Source: an uncultured Armatimonadia bacterium
GTDB taxonomy: Bacteria; Armatimonadota; Zipacnadia; UBA1398
Reading direction: 5' to 3'
Length of the DNA stretch: 60,816 nt
Assembly: GCA_964598695.1 (NCBI GenBank)
Contig: CAZRDB010000004.1
Span: 1-60,816 of the forward strand
In this document: in pieces, positions 19,733 through 29,274 of the stretch
Layout: each line of letters begins with the position of its first letter
Numbering within the stretch: position 1 is the stretch's first letter
The notes under the pieces: generated by a model
What the model saw: the letters and a program-made list of their open reading frames with translations, nothing else
Database searches by the model: none
Told to the model about the DNA's origin: nothing
Made by a program: the position numbers and the translations under genes

Positions 19733-20896
19733 CTACAGGGCCCCGGCGGGGCGGGCCGCGTCGCCGAAGACGCGCCGGATCGCCTCGAGGTAGCCCATCC
19801 CGTGGACCGTGTCCGGCTCGAGGTAGCTGCCCTCGGTCCACTCGTTCCAGGCGTTGAGCGAGAGGATCCTCCGGCCGGCCGGGCGGGTGTCGAGGAAGGC
19901 CCGTGCGCGGCGGAGCGCCGCCTCGAAGGCCGCCGGCGTGTTGCCGGCCAGCGTGGGCGTGAACGGGTAGCCGACGTTCAGGAAGCGGTCGGACTGGACG
20001 GTCCGGGGGCTCGAGTCCCAGCCCATCGTCACGTTGGGGTAGAAGGGCATCCCGTAGGCCTCTGCCGAGCGCTCCCAGTGCGCGTAGGCCGCCTCGGCCA
20101 CCGCCGGGTAGGAGGTCTCGGGGAAGTCGTTGAGCGGGACGTGGTGCACCCAGACGTAGGAGCCTACGCTGTCGAAGCCCAGGGCCCGGAGCAGCTCGGC
20201 GGGCTCGCGCACGGCCGTCTCGCCGGGCAGGATCGGGATCGACCAGACGATGGCGTTCAGCTCGAGGCCCGGGAAGCCGGCGGCCTCGACCTTGCGGCGG
20301 AAGGAGGCGAGGGCGTCGCGGGTCGCCTCCAGCCCGCCGAGCCCGTCGAGCAGGCAGGCCAGCTCGTAGATCGCAAAGAGCGGCTTGCCGTCGATCCGCC
20401 AGTACGAGGGGTGGCGGAAGTACCGCTCGATGCAGTACTCGGTCACCGTGTCGAACGTCGCGCGGGTGACTGGGCCCGGGTAGAGGACGGGCGACTCGGA
20501 GAACGGCGAGCGACTCATCTTGGCCGGGTGGATGTTGATCCAGGTGTGGTTCGCCCAGTGGATCGCGAAGCGCAAGCGCTCGACGTTGGGGGCCTGCAGG
20601 AAGCCCTTCTCGAGCCCGCGCTCGAGGAACGGGCCGTCGTCGTACCAGTACCAGTCGAAGAGGAAGGCGTCGATCGCGTGGTCGGCCGCCGCGTCGATCT
20701 TCCGCGCCATCGCGCGCGGGTCGGATTCGTCCTCGTAGCCCCAGGCGGGGACCTTGGGCTGCGCGTGGCCCGGGAAGCGTGGCTCGGCGCGGCGCACCAG
20801 CTCCCACTCGGTCCATCCGGGGCCGTGGTCGCGCTCGTTGCGCGGGTCGACATGGTAGTTCGGGAAGTAGTACGCCGCGATCTGGTACTCGCTCAC
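19733..20896 (-). CDS. WbsX-family / GH99-like glycoside hydrolase-like protein (cytoplasmic, no signal peptide)
   Basis: IAAYYFPNYHVDPRN...GWTEWELV...AIDAFLFDWYWY matches the Glyco_tran_WbsX-type N-terminus as I recall it. The GTG start at 20896 overlaps the upstream stop (GTGA). Confidence 0.75.
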   Translation of the reverse strand: MSEYQIAAYYFPNYHVDPRNERDHGPGWTEWELVRRAEPRFPGHAQPKVPAWGYEDESDPRAMARKIDAAADHAIDAFLFDWYWYDDGPFLERGLEKGFLQAPNVERLRFAIHWANHTWINIHPAKMSRSPFSESPVLYPGPVTRATFDTVTEYCIERYFRHPSYWRIDGKPLFAIYELACLLDGLGGLEATRDALASFRRKVEAAGFPGLELNAIVWSIPILPGETAVREPAELLRALGFDSVGSYVWVHHVPLNDFPETSYPAVAEAAYAHWERSAEAYGMPFYPNVTMGWDSSPRTVQSDRFLNVGYPFTPTLAGNTPAAFEAALRRARAFLDTRPAGRRILSLNAWNEWTEGSYLEPDTVHGMGYLEAIRRVFGDAARPAGAL

Positions 20897-23112
20897 GGGG
20901 CCGTCTCCTCACGGGTCACGCGCACGGCTGCATCGATCGTCACCGGCGGCAGCGGGATCGCCGCTCCCGCCTCGGTCGCCTCGACGGTCCGCCGCTCCGT
21001 CCAGGCGCCGCGCCAGGTGTCGTACCACTCGACCACGTACCGGCCCGGCCGGAGGCCGGGCACAAGGACCGAGGCGCCCTCGACCGTCTGCGGCTCGCGC
21101 TTCAGGATCAGGAGATCACGCCAGCTCGCCTGGCCGTGCCGGGCCCAGAGGTAGGCGCAGCTGGGCCCGCCGATCGCGTGCAGGCGGAGCGACAGGGCCG
21201 GGCCGGTCGCGTAGTTCTCGAACACCAGACCGAACGTGAGCCAATCCCGACCGGGGTTCTCGACCAGCAGCTCGTGGGGGCCGGCAGGGACGTCGACCCA
21301 GACGGGTCCGTCGAAGCCGTGGACCGTCGCGTGCTCGCGCGCGGTGGTGTCCGGCAGGTCCATCGAGAGCCGTTCCTCACCGTCGACGGCAACACGCAAC
21401 GCGGCGCCGCCCCAGCCGCTCACCCCCTCGATTCGCACCGCGAGCCGCCACGGACGGGGCGAATCGACCCGCAGACGGATCGGGTTGTGCCACTCCGGGT
21501 GGTTGGCCGTGCCGTGGAGGAACCGAGGGAAGTCGCCCGCGACCGGCGGCGCACCGTCGTGGGGGAAGCGCAGCTCGAGCGGCTCTCCCGCATCGAAGCC
21601 CTGACCGCCCACCAGCTCGACCGTCACCGGCTCGACGTGGGCGGCAGCGGGGAGCGTTGGCTCGGGCAGGCGGATCGGCCCGAAGCCGGCCGCCCCGAAC
21701 GGCGCGCCGTCCACGAAGTCCCGGAGCGCCCGGAACTGGTGGTAGAGGTCCTGGGGGCGGATGTAGTTGTCCCACCACCACAAGGCGGCGCAGCCCGCAT
21801 CGCCGGCCATGGTCGATGCCCAGATGCCCTCGTGGAGGTGCCAGCCCTGGCTGTCCGCCCCGAGGTGCTCCGCCTCGGCGCCCACGCCGAACTCCCCAAA
21901 CAGGTGGGGCCGGCCGTAGCGCTCGCGCTTGCTGCGGGAGAACAGCGCCATCATCGCGGCGATGTCCGGGGCGCCGTAGTTGTGGGATTGGACGTAGTCG
22001 AGTTCGGGGATGCCGTCGACGGCCGCGTCGCCCGCGGTGTTGGCGAAGCTTGTGGTGATCAGGTGGTCGTACGGGTCGAGCGCGCGAAGGTAGGCGGCCA
22101 TCTCGCGGTGCCACGCCGCCACCGGCTCGCTCGCGTAGCCCTCGCACAGGTCGACCTCGTTCCAGAACTCCCAGGCGAGATTGTGGGTCGAGGCGCCGTA
22201 CCGGGCAACGAGGTACCGCAGGCGGTCGCGGAAGTGCTTCTTGGCCTCCTCGCTCGTGAAGAACTCGGCCGGCGCCGAGATCGGTCCGCCCACCTCGGCC
22301 CGGTAGGCGTTCTGGGGCCAGGCCGGGTAGGGATCGTGGATCCGGAGGTAGTTGAAGCTCTCGATGCACAGCATCAGGTACAGGCCGTGCCGGCGGGCCA
22401 GCTCCAGAACGTAGTCGAGGCGCCAGGCGGAACGCTGGTCGACCCGGGTGAGGTCGGAGTGCGGCGGGTCCTGATGCTGGGTGGCGAACGCCGTGAAGCC
22501 GCCCGGCCCCAGCCACAAACGGGAGTAGTTCTCGCCCGCCTCCTCCATCCGCGCGAAGTAGTCGTCGTAGTCGAAGGTCCCGGCCTGGTTGGGCCAGCAG
22601 ACGTTGTGTCCGAGCGCGAAGTACGGCGAGCCGTCGTCGAAGGCGAAGTAGAGGTCGTTGCCGCGGGCCCTGCGGACGAAGCCCGGCGCCTCGGAAGCGG
22701 TCGCCTCGAGCGTGCCGCCCTCGGCCCGGCACGTGCCCTCCTTGCCGGTGGCCTGGAGCGTCAGCGCGTACGTCCCCTCCTCGACCGGACACAGGCGCAC
22801 CCGCCAGCCCGACTCACCGGTCGGGGTCAGGTGCTCGGCCCCGTCCCGCAGCGCGCGGGTGAAGCCCTCCCAGTAGTAGCCGGGCACGACCAGGGACTGG
22901 CCCGACGGCGCCGTCACCAGCAGGTCGAGCGCGACCTCGTCGGGGTCGTAGGGGTTGCCCGCATAGCCGTCGAGAGCCACCTGCAGCTCGATCGTCCCAT
23001 ACCGCGGGCAGGTCTGCTCCGGCTGGCTCAGCAGGCGCACCCCCACCGCGTGCGCGGGCGCCGACAGAAGCGCGATGCCGGTCAGTCCGAGTGCGAGTGT
23101 GGCGCCGTTCAC
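20893..23112 (-). CDS. secreted glycoside hydrolase, DUF5060-type N-terminal Ig-like domain + GH5-like (beta/alpha)8 catalytic domain
   Basis: GTG start at 23112 (VNGATLALGLTGIALLSAPAHA signal) overlaps the upstream TGA (GTGA). Motifs YGTIELQVALDG...PYDPDEV (DUF5060-like) and NLAWEFWNEVDL (GH5-like NE). The ORF-track N-terminal 192 aa were rejected as junk. Confidence 0.7.
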   Translation of the reverse strand: MNGATLALGLTGIALLSAPAHAVGVRLLSQPEQTCPRYGTIELQVALDGYAGNPYDPDEVALDLLVTAPSGQSLVVPGYYWEGFTRALRDGAEHLTPTGESGWRVRLCPVEEGTYALTLQATGKEGTCRAEGGTLEATASEAPGFVRRARGNDLYFAFDDGSPYFALGHNVCWPNQAGTFDYDDYFARMEEAGENYSRLWLGPGGFTAFATQHQDPPHSDLTRVDQRSAWRLDYVLELARRHGLYLMLCIESFNYLRIHDPYPAWPQNAYRAEVGGPISAPAEFFTSEEAKKHFRDRLRYLVARYGASTHNLAWEFWNEVDLCEGYASEPVAAWHREMAAYLRALDPYDHLITTSFANTAGDAAVDGIPELDYVQSHNYGAPDIAAMMALFSRSKRERYGRPHLFGEFGVGAEAEHLGADSQGWHLHEGIWASTMAGDAGCAALWWWDNYIRPQDLYHQFRALRDFVDGAPFGAAGFGPIRLPEPTLPAAAHVEPVTVELVGGQGFDAGEPLELRFPHDGAPPVAGDFPRFLHGTANHPEWHNPIRLRVDSPRPWRLAVRIEGVSGWGGAALRVAVDGEERLSMDLPDTTAREHATVHGFDGPVWVDVPAGPHELLVENPGRDWLTFGLVFENYATGPALSLRLHAIGGPSCAYLWARHGQASWRDLLILKREPQTVEGASVLVPGLRPGRYVVEWYDTWRGAWTERRTVEATEAGAAIPLPPVTIDAAVRVTREETAP

Positions 23113-24173
23113 GGGGCCTCCGCCTCTCCGGTCTCGGTCCGAGCGAGCGCGCGGCCGACCGACTCGAGGTCCGGGCCGCCGTCGAAGACTGTCAGGTGCA
23201 CCTGGGTCTCCTGCTCGAGGACGAGGAGAAGACCGCCTCCCGCGCCCCCCTTGAGCCACATGCGGAAGTCGGACTCGCCGAGGTGGCCCTCGGCCACCAG
23301 TGTCCAGCCGAGGCCGCGCGCCCAGCGGACCCACGGGGTGACGACCTCCGCGCGCTCCCCCGGCATGGCGCGGAACGACAGGTACCAGGCATGCTCGACG
23401 GTGCTGACCATCTCGGGGCCGGCGGTGTACAGCGCCTTGAGCAGCGGCTCGACGTCCTTGTCCTCCGACTGCGGCTTGGCGCGCGCGTGGAGATCGCTCG
23501 CGAGGGAGTCCAGCTCCCACCGATCGAACTCGAGCCGAACGTAGAGGCGTCCCGCGTCGACGGGCGGCAGGTCGGGGCGCTGGCGCCACGGGAGGGGGCC
23601 CTCGGGAGGGGTCATGTCGGGTTTGACGCGGGGCAGGCCCATCCAGATCGAGGCGATCGGCCCGACGGGCACGTGGCCCGGTTGCCACATCCAGAGCATG
23701 TCGTTGCCCTTGGCCTGGACGAGCAGGAGGCCCCCCGTCGGGCCGGGGAGATGGAAGGCGTCGGTGTAGCCCAACTCACTCTCGGCGAAGACGGTGCGGT
23801 TGGGGTCGTCACCCTTCCTGCGCTCCGGCGTGCGGCACTCGAACAGCAGGCGGAAACCGTTCTCGGCCGCCCAGCCCAGGTAGTACTCATGGACCTCGCG
23901 GGGCGTGGGGCGCGGGTTGCCGCGCAGCTCGAGCTTCGCGACCTTGAGGGAGCCGGGGAGCCCCTCCAGGTAGTGGACGATGTCCTCGATCCGGTCGTCG
24001 CCGATCACGAGACCGCCGAAGAGCCTGAGGGTCCAGCCGTGGACGGTCCCGCTGTACTTCTTGTGGGCGCTCGGGAAGTAGGGCGGCGGCTGCGGCCGGT
24101 CATCCGCCCATGCCGTCTCCACGGCAGCCAAGAGCACGAGAGCCAGGGTCAACCGCCAGAGGACGCGGTTCAT
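23109..24173 (-). CDS. secreted protein of unrecognised family (paralog A; two copies of a ~150-aa module)
   Basis: Signal MNRVLWRLTLALVLLAAVETAWA. Good G/C third-position bias. Full-length similarity to the upstream gene product. No motif that I can assign. Confidence 0.7.
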   Translation of the reverse strand: MNRVLWRLTLALVLLAAVETAWADDRPQPPPYFPSAHKKYSGTVHGWTLRLFGGLVIGDDRIEDIVHYLEGLPGSLKVAKLELRGNPRPTPREVHEYYLGWAAENGFRLLFECRTPERRKGDDPNRTVFAESELGYTDAFHLPGPTGGLLLVQAKGNDMLWMWQPGHVPVGPIASIWMGLPRVKPDMTPPEGPLPWRQRPDLPPVDAGRLYVRLEFDRWELDSLASDLHARAKPQSEDKDVEPLLKALYTAGPEMVSTVEHAWYLSFRAMPGERAEVVTPWVRWARGLGWTLVAEGHLGESDFRMWLKGGAGGGLLLVLEQETQVHLTVFDGGPDLESVGRALARTETGEAEAP

Positions 24174-24189
24174 GGCCCCACCGCCTTTC

Positions 24190-25191
24190 CTAGGGAGCGA
24201 GGAGCGCCATCAGGTCGGGACAGCCCTCGATGAACAGCAAGGCGGTCTGCGCGCCCCGACGCCCGACGACCATCGCGCCGCCGCCATCGCCCATCTTGGC
24301 GTACAGCTCGGCCGCCTGGTCTCCCTCGCCGTACTGGAACAGGCCGCCCCACCCCTTCGCGAGCGCGTACTGCTTCGCGGGTCCGGCGACGCGCTCGACC
24401 GAGTCGGCGTCCGGAGTCGCGTAGACGAGCACGGTGAGGCCGCGGACGGGCTTCAGGACGCGAACGCCCTTGCGGAGGATGGTCGCGAGGTCGGAGGCGA
24501 CCGCGGTCGGGTCGGCCTCCATCCGGGCGGAGATGTCGTTCGCGAGCGGCTGCAGCTCGGCGGCCGAGAGATCGAGGCGGATGTCGAGCAGATCCTCGGG
24601 AAGGTCGGCCGGAAGCTCCGGCAGGCGCGCCTCGACCGCGGCCGGGGCTTCCGTCGGGACCGATGCCCCGGGGAGGCCCAGCCAGGCGGCGGCGAGCGGA
24701 CCGAGCCCGATGTCGCCCTCGGCCCAAGCGAGCGTCACTGCGGCCGGGTCGGCCATCACGGCCAGCAGGGCGCCGTCGGCGCCCGCGCGGTAGTAGAGGT
24801 ACGCGAGAGCGTCGGGCTGGTCGTGGCCCTTGGCATCCGCACCGCGCCGCAGCCGGTAGAACCCGACCTGGCGCAGCCCCCGCTCCTCGGCCCACATGCC
24901 GTAGGGGGCCAGCAGCGCGGCCGGCTCGAGGGAGTCCTCGGACTCGACGAGGTACCGCCAGAGGTTGATCTCGCCGACCTGGCCGAGCACGTAGTCGGCG
25001 ATCTCTGCCACGCGGGCGCGGGTGTCCGGCGAGGCGATCGCCGCGAGCGCGAGCGGCTTGGTCTCCTGGTTGAGGAGCACCCGGAACTCGAGACTGCCCC
25101 GGCTCGGCGCCGGCGGAGTCGCCGCCCATGCCGCGGCTCCGAGGAGCGCCCACGCCCCCACGACCGATCCCAGCACCCGGTACCTGCGCAT
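24190..25191 (-). CDS. secreted protein of unrecognised family (paralog B)
   Basis: ATG 25191 (MRRYRVLGSVVGAWALLGAAAWA signal) is preferred; the ORF-track start is 25224. Aligns with paralog A over its whole length. Confidence 0.7.
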   Translation of the reverse strand: MRRYRVLGSVVGAWALLGAAAWAATPPAPSRGSLEFRVLLNQETKPLALAAIASPDTRARVAEIADYVLGQVGEINLWRYLVESEDSLEPAALLAPYGMWAEERGLRQVGFYRLRRGADAKGHDQPDALAYLYYRAGADGALLAVMADPAAVTLAWAEGDIGLGPLAAAWLGLPGASVPTEAPAAVEARLPELPADLPEDLLDIRLDLSAAELQPLANDISARMEADPTAVASDLATILRKGVRVLKPVRGLTVLVYATPDADSVERVAGPAKQYALAKGWGGLFQYGEGDQAAELYAKMGDGGGAMVVGRRGAQTALLFIEGCPDLMALLAP

Positions 25192-25237
25192 CGCCGTCTC
25201 TCGCCCTTCCACGCCGCGCCCCACCCTCTCCCCTAGA

Positions 25238-26638
<1,401 letters not shown>

Positions 26639-26670
26639 GGCGGCACTCCTTCGTTTCGGGATGAGGTCCC

Positions 26671-26676
26671 ATTATA
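26671..26676 (-). promoter_or_regulatory. candidate -10 box (TATAAT) of the cysS promoter
   Basis: The minus strand reads GCTATAATGGGACCTCATCCCGAAACGAAGGAGTGCCGCCATG. This is a perfect TATAAT 32 nt upstream of the cysS ATG. No convincing -35 was found. Confidence 0.35.
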
Positions 26677-26795
26677 GCGGAGGCGCGTGCACGCAGGGGC
26701 GCCACACGGCAGGAGGCGTCCGACCGGGCGGAGAACGCAGGGGCGGCCCTTGCGTTGCCCGCCGATCGCTGCCCTGCCCACGAAGGAGGCCGCCG

Positions 26796-28034
26796 ATGAC
26801 GGATCGCCAGCTCTGCTCGCCCCCGGCCGCTCTCGCCGCGCTGTTCGCCCTCGCCCTTCTTGCCGGCGCCATCGGCTGTGCGGGCGGGGGCTCGACGACG
26901 ACCGTCTCACTCGGTCTCACGGCGACGCAGATCGACGCCGGCCAGACCTTCCGCGCGAACGCGGTGGCGACCGACAGCGGCCTCCCGATGGCCGGGGCCA
27001 CGGTGCAGTTCTCGGTAGCCCCCAGTTGGGTGGCCAGTGCCAGCGCCCAGAACGCCACCGCCGACAGCGAGGGGCGGGCTTCGATCACGGTCACCGGCAC
27101 GGCGGCGGGCACGGTCTATGTCACCGCGCTCGTCAACGGCCACTCGAGCGAGACGCGGACCTGCACCGTGGTCGGCCCCACGTGGCCGGAGCACGTGCTC
27201 TTCCTCGGCGGGCCGGACAGCACGTACCAAGTCGTGCCGAACATGCCCGGCAACGCCTCCGCCGCCGCCGCGCCGCTCGGTGATGGCCGCTGGGTGCTCG
27301 GCGCCCAGCGCGCCGGCGAGATGGCGCTGGTCATCCCGCGGGACGTGCAGGCCGACAGCGGGTGGATCCGCAACCTCCACACCGGCGTCGAAGCCACGTT
27401 CGGCTACGCCGGCTTCCGGCCCCTGATCCCGCTCCAGGGCCCGCGGACCGCCGCGATCGCCTCCGCCGGCGACCGCGTCTACTGGCTCCAGCAGGTGAGC
27501 GGGAGCACGCGGATCCTCGCCGCCGACCTCTACGGGGCCAACGCGAGCACCCTGTACACCCCGCCGCCCTCGGCCGCCGATCCGCGTCCGCTGGAGATCG
27601 AACTCTCGCCCGACGACTCGACGCTGGTCTTCCGGACGGTCGCCAACCGGATCTACCGGATTCCGGCAACCGGCGGCACCGCCACGGAGCTGATCGTGAC
27701 CGGCGCGACGGGCGCGCGAGCCCTCTGGTGGGAGAGCGACTCCTCCCTGCTGGTGGCCGTCAGCGCGCGGACCGCAACGGGCCACCCCGCGATCCTCCGC
27801 CTGCCGGCCGCCGGCGGCGCGCCGACAGTCGTCTACGACGACGGCGGGGCGGGCTTGCGCTCGACGCCCTGGACGCTGACCACGGACTGGCAGGGCAACA
27901 TCCTCTTCGACGAGCGGAGCGCCACCGGCGCGGACACCGACCTCTACCGGCTGCGCGCGCCCGGTTTCGCAACCGAGGAGGCGATCCTCGCACGGTCCGA
28001 GGTCGATGCCTACCCGACGATTGTGAACTACTGA
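26796..28034 (+). CDS. lipoprotein with Ig-like (Big_1-type) domain and TolB-like beta-propeller region
   Basis: GAAGGAGG RBS. Lipobox LLAGAIGC. An Ig-like stretch (TVQFSV...SITVTGTAAGTVYVTALVNG) is followed by PD40-like repeats (LSPDDSTLVFRT, NRIYRIPATGG). The ORF-track N-terminus was rejected. Confidence 0.7.
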   Translation: MTDRQLCSPPAALAALFALALLAGAIGCAGGGSTTTVSLGLTATQIDAGQTFRANAVATDSGLPMAGATVQFSVAPSWVASASAQNATADSEGRASITVTGTAAGTVYVTALVNGHSSETRTCTVVGPTWPEHVLFLGGPDSTYQVVPNMPGNASAAAAPLGDGRWVLGAQRAGEMALVIPRDVQADSGWIRNLHTGVEATFGYAGFRPLIPLQGPRTAAIASAGDRVYWLQQVSGSTRILAADLYGANASTLYTPPPSAADPRPLEIELSPDDSTLVFRTVANRIYRIPATGGTATELIVTGATGARALWWESDSSLLVAVSARTATGHPAILRLPAAGGAPTVVYDDGGAGLRSTPWTLTTDWQGNILFDERSATGADTDLYRLRAPGFATEEAILARSEVDAYPTIVNY

Positions 28035-28047
28035 CGCCGGATGCCGC

Positions 28048-29256
28048 CTATCGGTCGGTGACCCCGCCCGCGCCGAGGCCGAGGAGCCGGAACTCGGTCC
28101 CCGTGCTCTCGGGGTGCTTCTCCGCAAGGAGCGTCAGCCGCACCCGATGCGGGCCCGGGCCGAGGTCGCGGGCCGTCTCCGTCGTGCCGCGCCAGCTCCC
28201 CCAGTCCTGGTCGAACCACGAGTCACGGACGACCGGCGGTCGGTCGTCGACCTCGATGCGGACCATCCCCATCGGGCCCCGAACGCGGTAGACCATGTCG
28301 AGGACGACGGAGCCCATCAGCTCGAACTCGACGACCGATCCTGGCTGGTCGGCCCGCCAGCACTGGTCGGCCCCGTCGTAGGTCCAGCCGTCGTTCCGGG
28401 TCGGCGTGAGCGCATCGGCCTCGTAGAGGGCGACGTGCTCGAAGAGGTTGGAGAGCAGGGGCGCGGGGAGCGGGGCGACCTCGGCGGTCGGGTCGCTCGG
28501 GAGCGCGCCGGTGCGAACCGCTTCGATCAGGTCGGTGACGAACGAGGCTGCATAGCCGTGGCCGCGATCGTTCGGGTGGACCACGTCGGCCATGACATCC
28601 TCCCACGCGAGGCGGCCGGCCTGGATCTCCGGCCACAGCGCGTCGCGGAAGCTGAGCATCGGAAGGCCGTAGTGCGCGCCCACCTTGCCGTGCCACTCCT
28701 GGGCGTTCGTGGGGGCCGGGTCGCCCTGGGCCATCATGAACAGGAGCACGACCGCCGGCTCGTTCGGCTGGCTGAGGATCTGGCGCACGAGGCCCTCGAG
28801 CGTCTCGGCCGCGGAGCTGAAGTTGGGGTCGTTGGCGCCGTACTCCACCACGACGAGGTCGGGGCGCCGGGAGAGCAGGTCGCGCTCGGCGCGCAACGCG
28901 CCGTAGTTCGACCCCGTCGCGCCGATGCCCGCGTTCACGAGCGTGACCTCGGTCCCGGGGTAGGTCTCCCGCAGCCAGGCCGCGATCCGGTTGCCGTACC
29001 GGAACTCCTCGCGGCTCGCCGAGGCGCCCGCGGTGATCGACCCGCCGATCACGCCGAGGGTGACCGCCTCACCCGCGGCCGCCTTCTCGAGCACCCGCGC
29101 GAGGCGCGTGAGGTCGCCGGGGCTGACGAGGGCCCGCTGACGGAGGGCGGCCTCGTCGGGGCCGCCCTGGGCGACACAGAGCCCCTGCGCGAGCACGAGG
29201 CCCGTCCCCAGCAGGGCGGGTACGAGCGCGGACTGGCCGATCCGAGTTGCGAACAT
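28048..29256 (-). CDS. secreted SGNH/GDSL-family hydrolase (esterase) with C-terminal beta-sandwich-like domain
   Basis: Signal peptide. SGNH blocks GVIGGSITAG, VNAGIGATGS, VEYGANDP and DVVHPNDRGH. Confidence 0.8.
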   Translation of the reverse strand: MFATRIGQSALVPALLGTGLVLAQGLCVAQGGPDEAALRQRALVSPGDLTRLARVLEKAAAGEAVTLGVIGGSITAGASASREEFRYGNRIAAWLRETYPGTEVTLVNAGIGATGSNYGALRAERDLLSRRPDLVVVEYGANDPNFSSAAETLEGLVRQILSQPNEPAVVLLFMMAQGDPAPTNAQEWHGKVGAHYGLPMLSFRDALWPEIQAGRLAWEDVMADVVHPNDRGHGYAASFVTDLIEAVRTGALPSDPTAEVAPLPAPLLSNLFEHVALYEADALTPTRNDGWTYDGADQCWRADQPGSVVEFELMGSVVLDMVYRVRGPMGMVRIEVDDRPPVVRDSWFDQDWGSWRGTTETARDLGPGPHRVRLTLLAEKHPESTGTEFRLLGLGAGGVTDR

Positions 29257-29274
29257 GCCGGTTCCTCCCGTCGC

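Noticed and set aside
20893-23688. N-terminal extensions of several track ORFs (20893..23688, 933..3710, 7605..8900, 34688..35869, 35239..36372, 43329..44561, 26637..28034, 41377..43260, 44333..45631, 13369..14622).
   Set aside because: The extra N-terminal parts are Arg/Pro-rich junk, often overlapping the neighbouring gene. Internal ATG or GTG codons with GGAGG-type RBS and signal peptides or family-typical N-termini give better starts.
26639-26795. Possible T-box or other riboswitch leaders upstream of cysS and hisZ, or a His-codon leader peptide upstream of hisZ (58399..58498).
   Set aside because: The cysS 5' UTR implied by the TATAAT box is only about 25 nt. The hisZ spacer is 100 nt, has no run of His codons and no specifier/T-box-like architecture.
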